A stretch of 64,000 nt of DNA. Origin: a virus. Below, piece by piece: positions 46,302-59,800 of this stretch. The stretch lies in IMG/VR virus record IMGVR_UViG_3300026183_000827. One strand, written 5' to 3'. The notes below the pieces were generated by a model. That model made no database searches, was not told the DNA's origin, and saw nothing but the letters and a program-made list of their open reading frames with translations. The translations under genes and the position numbers were made by a program. Position 1 is the stretch's first letter. Each line of letters opens with the position of its first letter.

Positions 46302-48203
46302 TTATGGATATGCAGTGTCACTTACAAAATTCCATGCTGATCCGTCCGATTGGAAGGTTAAAAGTTGTCTAGTTGGTGTTAGTACAGCACTACCAGATGC
46401 TGTTGTATTAGCAACAATGTCTTGTATAACTGCGCCGGTTCCGCCGCCAGCTAAGTCGACATCTATATACGATTTTTGTAGAACCCCTGTATTATTGTCT
46501 GCAACAGATACATTAATACCACTAACTGTGGCGCCTGCATAAGACGTTGCGTGTATTCTTGCCGGTTTGCCTGCATTTTCTGGTGCAGCAGGATACAAAT
46601 CATCTAAATAGTCTGATAAACTTGTATATAAAGTAGCACCAGATCCTAGTCCAGTAATATCCATAGAAAACACAATAGGTTCTGTAGCAACTACATTGTC
46701 AACATAATACTTTGTAGCAGCATCTTGATTTTCTGTAGGATCTGCTATCCCTGTAATTTTTTGACTATCGGTTACATGTATGTCTCCAAAACCTGTAATC
46801 GATATGCCTCTGCCATCGCCGTCTACTGCATTTGATGCAATATTTAAAGTAGTAGCACTTTGAATAGTATTACCATCTATTCCTATACTATCTACATTTA
46901 GATATTGTAGGGTTCCTACTCTTACTAAACCAGTAGCATAAATTATACTCGAACCTAATCTATCATTTAATACTTTATCTACTCCAGCAATTTTATAAGT
47001 TGAAGTTGTTGTAGTTAAATCTATATTAGAACCTGAAGTCCATGCATTAGCAGTATTTTTCCAAACAAAAGTTTTATTTCCAGAACTAGATAATAGTGTT
47101 AGGCCGCCACCGTCTACAACAGTATTATCACCATAACTACCACCATTAACATGTGCTAGCTCTATATTTTTGTCTTCAACTAACAATGTAGCAGTTTCAA
47201 CTGTTGTAGTATCACCTTCAACAACAAGATCTCCAGTTACTCGTAAATCTCCGTTTATATCAAACGTATATTCAGGCGTATTAGTAAAAATACCAATTTT
47301 TTCTTCAGATGCATCAATATACAATGCATCGATAATTACTGCTCCAGACGGTGTAGTTCTAACTCTTAAACTAATATCATTATCTAGAAGTTGATTTTCA
47401 AAGTAAAAACGTGGGCCTACAACTTTTTGAACATGGTTTTGCGACAGACCAATTGTTATACCACCTGAATTTTGTACTGTTAATGTACCTACTGTAACAC
47501 CGTTAGCATCAGAAGGTAAAAATTGGTCAGCTGTTCTAGTTATTCCTGAGCCTGTTATAAGAGCATTTGCTCCGCTTGCTGTTCCGTAAAACTTAAAGTT
47601 TGTTGTATCTATGACATTTATGCCTTCGTATATGATGCCATTAGGATTATCATCTGTTACTAAACCTAAAATTCTTTGGCTATACACTGGTGTAAATGTA
47701 AGTCCACTCATTACTGCTACTAGTTCGCCACCAATATATAAATTAGCAAGAGTTCTTGATCTAGATTGAGTATCAAGTATGCTTTCTATTTGAAATCCAC
47801 TTAATCCTTGTGAGTCTGCATACTGAGGTCCTACTAATAGAAGATCATTTCCGTCAAAAGCATAAAGTTGATTTTTTAAGTTATCAATCCATAAATCGCC
47901 TGCAACCATTTGCGGACGAGTATCTTGTACATAAGGTCCACCACTAGCTTTCCATGTTGTTCCATCATAGATTTTTAATCTTTGATCTGCTGTGTCATAC
48001 CATAATTGACCAACTAATGGATTACTAGGGGCAGCAGTATTTGAAAAATTCTCTAAAAGTTTAATAAAATTTTCGTTAAAGTATTCGCCGTAACCTGTAT
48101 AATTTCGTCCTACTAACACAAGGTTAGTAGATGAGTTATCTATTTGACCATCTATTAATTCTGTTAGTAATGTTCCATCTGTTTTGTTTAATTGATAACT
48201 CAT
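46302..48203 (-). CDS. Tail fibre / baseplate-associated protein
   Basis: Same N-terminal family; IGI.T.TP...DING and DAATKYYVD fibre motifs. Confidence 0.75.
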   Translation of the reverse strand: MSYQLNKTDGTLLTELIDGQIDNSSTNLVLVGRNYTGYGEYFNENFIKLLENFSNTAAPSNPLVGQLWYDTADQRLKIYDGTTWKASGGPYVQDTRPQMVAGDLWIDNLKNQLYAFDGNDLLLVGPQYADSQGLSGFQIESILDTQSRSRTLANLYIGGELVAVMSGLTFTPVYSQRILGLVTDDNPNGIIYEGINVIDTTNFKFYGTASGANALITGSGITRTADQFLPSDANGVTVGTLTVQNSGGITIGLSQNHVQKVVGPRFYFENQLLDNDISLRVRTTPSGAVIIDALYIDASEEKIGIFTNTPEYTFDINGDLRVTGDLVVEGDTTTVETATLLVEDKNIELAHVNGGSYGDNTVVDGGGLTLLSSSGNKTFVWKNTANAWTSGSNIDLTTTTSTYKIAGVDKVLNDRLGSSIIYATGLVRVGTLQYLNVDSIGIDGNTIQSATTLNIASNAVDGDGRGISITGFGDIHVTDSQKITGIADPTENQDAATKYYVDNVVATEPIVFSMDITGLGSGATLYTSLSDYLDDLYPAAPENAGKPARIHATSYAGATVSGINVSVADNNTGVLQKSYIDVDLAGGGTGAVIQDIVANTTASGSAVLTPTRQLLTFQSDGSAWNFVSDTAYP

Positions 48204-48206
48204 TTA

Positions 48207-50258
48207 TTATTGCCCCGTATAAATTATGTAGTTAACAGCTAGATATGGGTTCATTGTATCTAGAGGTTGTGCAAGATCGCCAGTAGTTTTAACTCCTCCG
48301 CTTGCCGGATATGCTTGAGTACCGCCTGTGCCAGGATCAATTGTAAATGGTATTGCTTCTTCGTCAGTTGGTTCACCAGATCCAACCCTTAGACCGTAGT
48401 ATTGAGCTCCTGTCGGTGCTTCCATATCGTGTTCGTGTTCAGGAAGGTTTTCTACATTAATATTTTTAGTTTCACTACCTGCGTTACCGCCTATTGCATC
48501 CGCTGCAATATCAGTAACACGATTTGCACTCGGTCCTCCCATATTATCGAGACCTAATGCAAATCTACCTCTAAGATCAGGTAGTGCAAAAGTATTTACG
48601 CCAGCGTCTGATAACAAAGAAGCATCCTTAAAATTAAATCCTATTGCATTATACAATTCTGTATAGTCTGATTTTTGAACTTCGCTGCCATCACAAAATA
48701 ACCATCCCTGTGGCGCTTCTTCTCCGCCAAACGGCATAATTGCGCCTGCTGGTACTAACGGAATCGTTTTGAGGAAATTTCTTTTTGATATCCTATAAAC
48801 TCCCGTTTCGCCTGTTTTAACATTTAATAATAATTCGTCTGCGTTACCTGCATCAAAGGTAACATCTTTATTAGCAATAAAACTATTTGCAATTTGTATA
48901 TTGAAACTTTTGGTTGTGCCGCCCGTTTGACCGTCAAACTCAAAACTATTGTTTTCAACATCGCCTGTCACAGTAAAAGTCGTAGCACTTGCTAATCTGT
49001 CTGCAGAACCTGCTCTACCTGTAACCGTACCACTAACATTACCTTGAACATTACCTATAAATGTATTTGCAAATACTTGATTATATTTGTTATTAGTAGT
49101 ACCTATGTTTCTTACACCAGATGAGTCAGGAGTAACATTACCGCTTACTAAGATGCCTCCAATATCAACATTTCCGCCAACATTTAGATCTAACGCAATG
49201 CCTGCACCACCGGATGTAATTATAGCGCCACTATTAATACTTGTGCTATTTGTTGTGTTTGCAACATTTAAAACACCTGTATCTGGGCTACCTTCTCTTG
49301 GCGAAATTTTTAAATTTCCTTTTACATCTAATTCTACTTCTGGTGCAGTTGTATTAACTCCTACAAATCCTTCAGAATCTAATCTCATTACAGTTGGCAG
49401 TGCAGATGATGTTTTTAATCTAAAATCTATGCTAGAACCTACAATGTTTTGTTGCATCACTACAGCTTCATTTTCTACCCCTAATTTAAACTGGTTACCT
49501 GTTCCAACTGTAAGTCCTTCGTTGTTTTTAATTAAAATAGGAAAATTAGTTTGACTGTTAGCATTTGCTCTTAAAAAGTTTATAGCAGGTACTACTTCGT
49601 CTCCAATTACTAAGGCTTCTGCTTTTTCAGACACTCCATAATATTTTAAGGTATCTGCTACCAGTGGTATACTAGTAATATTCATACCTGCTTTGATACC
49701 TTGTCTAAAACCAGGGATAACAGTTTTAGGAGTAAAAGCAGTGTCTGCTATAATTATAGCAGGATTATTTTTTATTTTAATTGTTAATACTGTGTAAACA
49801 GAATCATTTGATCCAGTAATATTTTCGGATACAGCTCCAGTTAATAAACCGTCACTAAATTCAGGCCCAACTAACACCCATCCTGTTCCAGTAAAAAGAT
49901 ATAATTGCTGACTATCTGTGTTTACCCATAAATCACCAGCAGTGCTATTGCTAACTTCGGGTTGCGAAGAAGATTTTTTTAATCCTCCACTAGCAGTCCA
50001 CGTAGTTCCGTCATAAACCTTTAATTGATTTACTCCGTCACTTGTATCGTACCATAATTGTCCTTCTACAGGTCTTTCTGGCGCATCACTATTTGCAAAA
50101 TTTTCTAATAAGTGTAAAAAGTTTTCTGCTACTGCTTGGCCATAGGATGTTACACCACGTCCTGCAAAAGTTAAACTGGTCTCAGTATTGAGCGTAGCGT
50201 CTTCAACTATTATTGTTCCTTTGTTTACACTGTCTGTATAACTAATTTGATATGCCAT
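48207..50258 (-). CDS. Tail fibre protein with phage tail collar domain (gp12-like)
   Basis: PAGAIMPFGG..APQGWLFCDG...Y.ELY.AIG...LPDLRGRF; C-terminal NPYLAVNYII. Confidence 0.85.
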   Translation of the reverse strand: MAYQISYTDSVNKGTIIVEDATLNTETSLTFAGRGVTSYGQAVAENFLHLLENFANSDAPERPVEGQLWYDTSDGVNQLKVYDGTTWTASGGLKKSSSQPEVSNSTAGDLWVNTDSQQLYLFTGTGWVLVGPEFSDGLLTGAVSENITGSNDSVYTVLTIKIKNNPAIIIADTAFTPKTVIPGFRQGIKAGMNITSIPLVADTLKYYGVSEKAEALVIGDEVVPAINFLRANANSQTNFPILIKNNEGLTVGTGNQFKLGVENEAVVMQQNIVGSSIDFRLKTSSALPTVMRLDSEGFVGVNTTAPEVELDVKGNLKISPREGSPDTGVLNVANTTNSTSINSGAIITSGGAGIALDLNVGGNVDIGGILVSGNVTPDSSGVRNIGTTNNKYNQVFANTFIGNVQGNVSGTVTGRAGSADRLASATTFTVTGDVENNSFEFDGQTGGTTKSFNIQIANSFIANKDVTFDAGNADELLLNVKTGETGVYRISKRNFLKTIPLVPAGAIMPFGGEEAPQGWLFCDGSEVQKSDYTELYNAIGFNFKDASLLSDAGVNTFALPDLRGRFALGLDNMGGPSANRVTDIAADAIGGNAGSETKNINVENLPEHEHDMEAPTGAQYYGLRVGSGEPTDEEAIPFTIDPGTGGTQAYPASGGVKTTGDLAQPLDTMNPYLAVNYIIYTGQ

Positions 50259-50264
50259 TTTTTA

Positions 50265-50867
50265 TTATCCTGTCAAACTTTGTACTCGTACTGTATAATC
50301 TATTTGTATTAAACGGTTGAGTGATTTTTGAACAGGATGGAAAATAACATGTGTTAATAATCTACCAGTTCCTGTTGGACTATAACTCCTTAACCCTAAT
50401 TCATCAAAAACATAAACATCATTTGTATTAGAAGCAGTGTCAAATGCTTGTTGTCCTTCTGGCTCTCCATAATCAAGTAAACAACTTACTAATATATCTG
50501 TGTAATTAGTACCACTTAGGTGTCTTGTTTCAATTTTATTACGTGTAGGATCAGTGTTGTTTACACTACTGTCATCTACAATTTTTGTATATGTTTGATT
50601 ATAAAGACTTGCATTTGTACCTGTAGAATTTGGAGTAAGGTATGTGATAATACCTGTTGGATCAATATTTGTTCCGCCATTGCCGAAACTCATTTCATAC
50701 ACAAATCCTTCTCCTGCATTTGCAAGACTTTCGGCAAGTGCAATGCTCATATTTTCGTAATGGATTGCATTTCTTTTGTTTATAAAAACTTCTTGTGAAG
50801 TAGGGTCAAATATTTTTATATGACCTTGTACTAATATTCCATGATTATCTTGCATTATACTATCCAA
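50265..50867 (-). CDS. Virion structural (baseplate-associated) protein
   Basis: 200-aa ORF between the giant protein and fibre genes; FDELGL, HVIFHPVQKS; ATAAATA at 50882-50888. Confidence 0.65.
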   Translation of the reverse strand: MDSIMQDNHGILVQGHIKIFDPTSQEVFINKRNAIHYENMSIALAESLANAGEGFVYEMSFGNGGTNIDPTGIITYLTPNSTGTNASLYNQTYTKIVDDSSVNNTDPTRNKIETRHLSGTNYTDILVSCLLDYGEPEGQQAFDTASNTNDVYVFDELGLRSYSPTGTGRLLTHVIFHPVQKSLNRLIQIDYTVRVQSLTG

Positions 50868-50884
50868 ATTATCCTATACTGTAT

Positions 50885-53800
50885 TTATTCAGGATGCTCA
50901 TATGTTCCAGCACGTAAGAATCTTGCAATGGAATTTTGAGCATCACCTAATGTTTCTTCTTCTTTAGTCCAAGATTGACCTTGTTTTTTGATTATAGTTA
51001 TACGAGAATTTTCAGTAGGTGTGTTTAATAATGTGATACTATTATTATCAACATCTACGCTAAACTCGGCTTCAATAGTTATATCTCCATTTGGACTATC
51101 AATATCAATTGTTGGGTCAAAAACAGATATACTGTTTTTTCTTAGACGCTTTCCTGCTGCAAATACTTCAATTTCATTAATACTTTCGATATTATAACCA
51201 ATATTAAATGTACTAACAATGCCATCTGCTGTAATGTTTGCAACAAGGTTTTGATCTTTATATGGTACAGTTTTTTCTATGTTTTGATTATATACTTTTG
51301 TTCCTAAATTATGAACAGTTGGAACTCCTGTACCTAATGTTCCTCTTCTAATTTGACGTAAAGTATTATCTTCTTTAACAAAGTATTCTATACGTTCTCC
51401 GTTAATAAAGATAATTCCTGGCATATTTTTACCTTTGTCTGGTACTGGTAGATCTATCCCATTATCAACTTCTATTCTTAGATCATAATAGTTTAATGGC
51501 TGAGCTAGTTTTGCAGTACTTGCATCTAAACGCTTAAAGTGCGTTCTATTTAGTATGTCTTTAAATTGTCTATAGCTAAATCCATCTTGTGATATTTCAG
51601 CAGCAAAATGTATAACTTCTATTACATCGTTTGCAGCAGGTACTTCAACTAGTTGAATTTTTGTTCTATTATCTGTTACATAATAGTCTACACTAGGAAT
51701 TAAAAGCTCGCTATTCTTTGTAATCCAAACATACTGTGCATCTAACGCAGGTTTTCTTAGTAAGATTTCTCCAGCAGTAAGTCTATTATAAGTGTTTGTT
51801 TCTTCGTCATTGATTAAAGTTTCTCTTTTAACAACATCGTATTGTATTTTTTCAATATCTTTTAGGTTATGATTACTAAATTGGTAAACATAAACTTTTG
51901 AATTGACGCCTGGTAAATCTTTTAATATTACTTCATTGCCACTTATAGAATATTCACTTTCAGAAATATTATATATTTCTATATTATCGCCTGGTAGGCC
52001 ATATTCATCACCTAATATTACAGAACTATTTGCAATATCTAAACGCCACTGTTCAGGAGTAAATATTTCTTCTCCATTTAAAAATACCTTCAATCCTTCT
52101 GCAGATAACGATCCTGCAGGCTGTTGGAATAGTTCAAGTTGATATTCTCTTTGATTAGATTCTGGTATAGTAAAGTTACGACTGTATCCACTATTTAGAA
52201 TATTTTGATCAACTCTAACAATTATGTTGTGTTCTGTTGGTAACGAGTAAAATGGAGCACTACTTAATGCATAAGTTTGTGTAATTCCGTTTGCTGTAAA
52301 TTCATCTGTTAAAACTTGGCTAAAATCAACAGTTTCGTTATTAGAGAATATAGTATAATTTATAATCTGTCCTTGTGTAGCAGCGTTTTCTAATCTAAAT
52401 GCAGTTCTATTATCACCTGCAACTTCTGTGGAATAGTCAAATACTGTTATATTTTGTAATTCTCCGTTTACAGTAACGCTTAATGATAATGAATCATCCC
52501 AAGTATAGTCGATAACAAAATCATATTGTTCTGTTTCTTCAACTGTAATTTCATCACTATACATTACTGATGTACTTGTACTTTGTTCTTGCAATATTAT
52601 TGATAATTGCTTATTTGATTCTACTTCTAAAGATAGTTGTTTATTAGGCCAATCAATAGTATATTGATCTTTGCTTAAAACATTTCCGTCATATTTTACT
52701 AAAATGCTATCTTTAGAGCCGGGTAGTAAACCAAAATTGTAAGTAAATGTTCCAGTGATATCTGTTTCAATATTATTACAAATTATTAACCCTTGATTTC
52801 CAGATTCTTTTGTATACACTTTAATGTCTAATGTATCAAACATTGATCCAGGAACTAACTCTTCAGTTTTTGCACGAGATGTTGATACAAACAAATCACC
52901 GTCTGTAATAATTTCTTCAGCGTTTATTCCTGCTGCTGTAGTATATGCTAAATCTCCACCTTCAAGTGCTGTGTCGTAACTTGCAAGATCTGGTGTTATG
53001 CTACCGTCACTTGTAATTTTTCTTACAATAAAGATGTCGCCGTCATTTAGGTTAATGCCTAAATTGCTTGTTTCAATAATAGTAGTTGTACCATCACCTG
53101 TAATACTGTTAACAATAGCATATGCGTTTGTTTGATCTTCTGTTCCGTAATTAGGATCGTCTATTCTTACACCATTCTTATAAAGATTGTAGACTATACC
53201 TTCTTCTAACGGTGCTCTAAGTTCTACAGCAATAGTAGATCCGTCAGATACAAAAACTTCATCTTCAAAAGTGTTTTCATAAACGTCCCATGCATCAGTA
53301 AACCATGGCTGACTATCCCATCCGCTTGGACCTCCAAAATCAAAACTCTTTACTTCTACTCCGCCATAGTCAATACCCGTCATTAACTGATTAAGCTCTT
53401 TGCCAAACATGTTATCAGTCGGATTGTATGCAAATTTAATTCTGTCAGCTGCTTCTAAAAATTCTAAAGGCTTGTAGTATTCAATTCTAATAACACTATT
53501 ACCTGTAGGAGCATTATTAAATGTTAATCTTCCTTTATTTTTTGTATATTGATCAATTATTTCTCTGTTAGAAACTTGATAAGTGCTTTTTAACATTTCT
53601 TGATCGTCTACAAAAACTTTAATCTTATTCTTACGAACATCAATAGGCCATTTTAAATCAAAAATTGTATCAACACCGGATGCAGTAAATGTTTCTGATA
53701 CTGCTAAATCTTCAATAAAGTATTCTCCCGAAACTCTATCAAATTTTACTTTAATACTAGGAGTTCTTACAAGACTTTTTCCTAATATAGCAAATGCTGT

Positions 53801-56800
53801 TGCTGGTGTACCATCTTCAGTTTGTGCACCTTCAAGTGTAATTTTAGGAGGAGTAATAAATCTTCCGCCAGGATTACGAACTTTAATAGCAGTAACTTTT
53901 CCATATCCAATAAAGGCTTCAGCAGTTGCACCTGAATTACTAGAATCTTCTATTATAACTTTGGGTGGGAATATATAACCTGAACCTGGATTTTTTATTT
54001 TGATTTCTGAAAGTTCTGCTCCAAGATTGTCAGCAAAATATTTTCTAGGATATTCTTGTAAAATATTATCAACTTGCAGCAATGCACCATCAAAAACGGT
54101 TGTTTTGATTGTTTCAATTTGATTTGTAGTAGTATTATAAAACGGCGCTGCATCAAAATCTGTTACAACAGAATTTGTTGGATCAGTTTTATCATAAGAT
54201 GCAACAAATTCTCTTATATTTGTCTTATAAGGTTTTACTTCTTTAACATAATTTTCAAAGTACTCTAAGCTGTCTTTCTTAAATGTTGCAGGTTGATCTA
54301 ACTCACCTAATTTATGATTAATTTTTATAAAACTAGTTTTAAATGCCCAATCAAGTAGTGGTTGTTCTGCTACAACGTATCTTAAACTACTTAAAAATAA
54401 TTGGTTGTATTCAACTGCTAGTTCATTTATAAAAATATCATCTCTTAGTGCTTCAAAAATAATTCTTAATTCTTTTGCCGGATTTGTGTCGTAAAGAGTG
54501 CTATCAAAACTTCTATTATCATATCCTACTGTTGACTGTTGTATATTATAAAGATTAGAAGTGAATTGAATAGTACCGTTTTCACGACCAATAGTTTCAT
54601 AATCTACAGTATAATCTTCATTATCAGTAGTGCCTATTCTCTTAAGTAATAACCAGCCTGAACTTCCAATTGATTTAATTTTTATTATAGAATTAAATTC
54701 TGGTTCTAATTCTTGTAATTCATAACTTTCATCAATTTCATAATTTATTTTTGTAAACTGATTATATCCTGGTGCATACCAATCTATATAATTCCAATAT
54801 TTTGGAACATCATAACCTTGGGTAGATGTTCTAAACCATGTTTTGTCAATTTCATTATATCCGTAAATGCTCCAAAGATTCTTTGCAGTAGAATCTGCAT
54901 TTACTAACACACTGAATCTTCTTACACTTATTGTTGTTTGATTTGTATAATTTTTTCCTGTGTTAGTAACTTCTGCAGATATTACACTTCCTAAGTTATT
55001 AATTTGTAATTTTATTTCTGCATCAACGCCAGATCCATTTATATTAATAGTTGGAACTGTTTTATAGCCTCTGCCTGGAGATTCTATTTCAACTCTAACA
55101 AGCTCACCATTAGATATAATAGGTATTAATTTAGCAGGGCTTAAATTGTTTGTGCTTACATATTGCAATTCTTCTACAGTGTCTACAGAAAGATCATACT
55201 TAGAAGATATTAATGTAGGAGCAAGATCGGTTTCAAACAATCGAGCTGTGTTATAATCATCTACTATTAATAAATCTTTAAATATTATATTAATTCGTTC
55301 TATTGTTTGTTTTAGAGCTTCTATTCTATTAACAAACATAGACTGTCTAGGCATATTTAAAATGCCATACTTCTGAGTTTCTGGTAATTTAATATCGGGT
55401 ACAGGTCTATTATTAGTATCAAATCCTATTAAACTGTCAAACCACTTTCTTTCAATGTCTACATCTAATTTAGAATTTGCATCGCCGTCGGCGATTAATT
55501 TGAATTCTTTATGAAGATTAGAATCCTTTGTAGCTTGCGGTTTATATTTAATATTCAATACTAAATCGTCACCACTTAAAATATTTTCAAAATTATTTAG
55601 AACTATTCTGTCTGCACCTAAAAACGAAATATACCTATAACCATTTTCTCTTGGTCTTTCAATTAAATTTACTATTTCAAAAATACTTAAATTTCTATTT
55701 TCTATATCAGGAACTGTTCTTTTAGATTCTACCCAATAGTAATATTTTGTTGAAAAGATTTGAGACACTTCATCATAAATTAATTTTGTACTGTATTTTG
55801 TATCTCCGTATAAAGACTGTCCGCTAATTCCTAGTTTAATGCCTTCTTCTGTGTCAGCAAGATTACTCCATTGGCTTGGAAGATAATCGCTTTCTATCCA
55901 CTCGTATACATTAATACTAGCACCTTCCGTTAATACTGACCAATTATTTTTTTGTTCAAAAATATTACCTTGATAAGGATACTTAAATCTAGCAGTGCTA
56001 ATATTCCACCAAACTTGTCCTACATGTTCATCAAACCATGTTTGATTTGGATCGTATTCTCTATCTGATGTTGTGCCAACATTATAAAATGCTGGATCGG
56101 TTTGAGTTTTAAACGTTATTTCTTGTTCTGCCGGACCTGCAATTTTACCTTGTATTGGATCAATATAATCAATATAACTTACTATCCTATTAGTAGTTTT
56201 GTTATAAACAAATGCTCCTTCAATCAAATCTAAATTTACAGGGTTGACAATTTCTTTATATAGATTCCATGCTAATTTTGTTTTTGGTTTTCTATAATCT
56301 ACAAACATGCCTTTAGAGTCGTTACTGTTATAGAACGGCATACCGACATATACGTGATTGTCTTTTGCAAGTAATCGTTTGCCAAATTCTACTGTTGCAT
56401 TATCAAATCTAAATTTTTCACTGTAGGTATAAGAATTATTTAAATTTTCGTATACGTATATTACACCAGAGTCAATTTTAATATTTCTAAATGCAGTAAA
56501 CTCTAGATCAAAAGTTGTAGATTGGTTATCAAATGTAGTAGGTATAGTTTGATCACCATTTAAACTTGTTACTGCTAAGTTTTCATTAGTAAATGCAATT
56601 TGATAACCAAAATTTTCTGCTACTTCATCTGCAGGACTATAAATTGTTTGACTTAATTCAAATTCTCCGTTTACTTGTGTATAAATTAAAACTGCACCTT
56701 GACCATATTTTCGAGAATCATCTGAAGGGACACTAACGGCAATTTGTCTACCGTCTGGTTTAATTACTACACTTTGCGCCCAGTTTGTTCTATCAATATA

Positions 56801-59800
56801 CAAATCAGGTGTTGCATCTAAATTTTGTGTTCTAGAACCAGTTTCTGAAGTTACTATATTTCCTTCGCTATCTGTGTATATCCATCCGTCTCCATCTTTT
56901 AAAAATTTATCTAAGTCATGATCTTTTAAATCATAGCCACTTATTGGAGCAGATATTGTTTGGTATAATTTATATTTGTTGTTTTCTTTTCTATAAATTG
57001 CTAATCGTTTGTTACTTGTACTATCAGTCGATTCTAGTTTTACAGTAACAACTAAAACTTCTCCGTTTTTACTTACATCAAAATTTTCACTAAATTCAAT
57101 AATGTTTGTAGCAGGATCAAACACATCTTCGTTAAAGAATGCATTGTTAGTAAGATTTGGCAAATAACCTAAATAATCAAAATTATTATCAGTTACTTCC
57201 CAATAAGTGTCACTAAATTCTGTTCCTGTTGCGATATTTGTTTTTGCAACATAAAAACTATTATCTTTAAGAACTATTGAATTTATTTCATAAGGGAAAG
57301 AATTGTCCCACTCCCCTCTATAATTGTCATCAACACCGTATCTCCAACTAATATTTGTCCAAACTATAGGATCAAGAATATTCAATTGCGAACTATCGTC
57401 TGTGTCTTTATTTGCTCTATAATATTTGTCTTTGTAAATTACTACATCACCTTCATTATAAGATGTAGCTTGATAATCCTTTTTAAATACATCTGTAGTT
57501 TCTGGACCAGTTACAAAAATTTCAATACTGCCAGGATCTGAACGTGTAGTAGGATCTAAGTCGCCTTTACTACCAACAAGTAATACATAGGTATTTCCTT
57601 GTTTTCTAATTTTAACTTCGTCGCCAAATTGTCTATTGGCAAACTTATATTGACTTGTGAGCATATAATCAAACTCATAAACAGCATTAGGTTGTCTCCT
57701 ATAAATTACAACCGCGCCTTCATTGTCTAATCCACTCGATGTTCCTCTTTCGTCAGCAGGTATGTTATAAACTTGAGTCCAATTTTTATTTAAATTATAA
57801 GGTGGACTTGCTGGAATTGAAATGCCGCCTTCGATTGTTTCATCATAGAAGTAATATTCTCCATCAAATATTTCAGGAGTAGATACTACATCAAATGGCG
57901 TATCTTTTTGGAAAACTAATAAATCTCCTACTAGATTAGTACCTAAAACAATATCGTTATTTGGATCATCAATTGTACCCATTACACGATCAACATCACC
58001 GGGGCCTCGAGCATCTTCATTCGCTTTTCTGCGAACCTGGAATCTACCAATATTATTCAGCTGATTCCAACTTCCGCTTAAAACTTTTAAATAAACTCTT
58101 ACAGAATTAAATTGCTTTTTATAAAAAACAACTTCTGCTGTACTTGTACTAGTACTAGTAAGAGCTAAACCTCCTGAACCGTCTCTAGGAATTTGTACAT
58201 CTTCAATAATATCTCCTACAACTGGCTCATACGGATTTCCTAAAAAGTCAAATTCTGTAAATTCAAAGTCAATATATCCGTCCCAGATATCATAAATTTG
58301 CTGAGACCCATTCATTTGATCAAGTTCAAATCCAGTAGATTCTAGATTTATTCCAGTATTTTCTGAGTCAAAAAATGTAAATTGTAGAGTTTTATTATCA
58401 GCACTACCTTGAGAATCAAATGCACTTATACTGGTTAAATAATCTTGGAAAGATTTACCAACTCTAACAACCCATAAGTTACTTAATTCTGGGCCGCTGT
58501 CACCATCATAACTTAAATTAGAAATATAACTTACACGATTTTTTTCTAATACAAATTCACCTATATTACCAACTGTATCCTGAATGTTATAATACACAAA
58601 TGGCCTGTCTGCATCGTCATTTTCTGCAGGACGTACATCTGCATAAACTAAACCTCGGCCTATATCTAAATACCTGCCATTATTAGCATACTCGAATCCA
58701 GTTTCTATATACCAAAAACCGCCAATATCTGGTGATGTTGAATATGTTGATTCTTGTGTATAAAATCCTATAAAGTTTCCAGTACTTTGTACAAAAATTT
58801 CATCAGTAACATTAAAAATACCGTTGATATTTTTTAGATACAGTACTGCAGAATCTCTATAACTAGCAACATAAAATACTTCACCTGAGCCAGTATCACT
58901 TTCGATTGTATCGCCTACCTCAGGCAAACTTACAAAAGTATCAATATAAACAATTGCATCAATTTTTTCAACAATTTCGTGTTCTTGTGTAATAAATTCT
59001 TTTGTAATTTCTGGTATTTGATCGTCAAATGGCAAATAGTTATCTAGTGTTGGATATGCATAACTACGCTGGTTCCAAGATAAATTAACTTTATCTCCAG
59101 AAGCACCGTCTATTCTACCTTTAGTTGCAAGATACATATCTAATGGAGCTCTTACTAGTAAATGATCAATACCATTTGTAGGTAACCCAAATTTACCTGC
59201 AACTAACAATTGCAAACTTGTACTATCAGATGTATCAGAAGAAACAAGATTAATATAACTATCAAACGTACTAAATGTTTGTGTACCTACTTCAGGATTA
59301 ACTGTAGTATTAGCTTTCCAAAAACTTTCTCTAAACTTAACAATATCATGTTTACTATACTCTACAGTAGGATCAAAATTTCCTAAAAATTTTGTTTTTA
59401 TTCCTGACATGTTTGGTATGCCAATAGCAAGATATTCACCGTCTTCACTTACATCTATGCTTGATCCAAAGTTTTCAAAAGAGTCTTGGTAACTATTTTT
59501 TGTTTCTGTAAAATCAATTACCTGTTGTAAAATTAAATTAGCATTTTCTTTTGATCTTCTATATACATAAATTTTACCTGTTTCATCGCCAGAAGCAGAA
59601 ACAAACAAATTATTATTATCATCAGTTACAGTCATTACGCCTGTAAAATTTTGAATAGTACTATCCCAATCAGAAGGATTATTATATGTTTCTAAATATG
59701 AATAAACACTGTTGTTTTTTAAAACTGCCCAATTATTAGTGTTGTCATAATTGTCTATCCAGACTTTTTGCTCATTGTATAATTTTTCATTAACAATATC

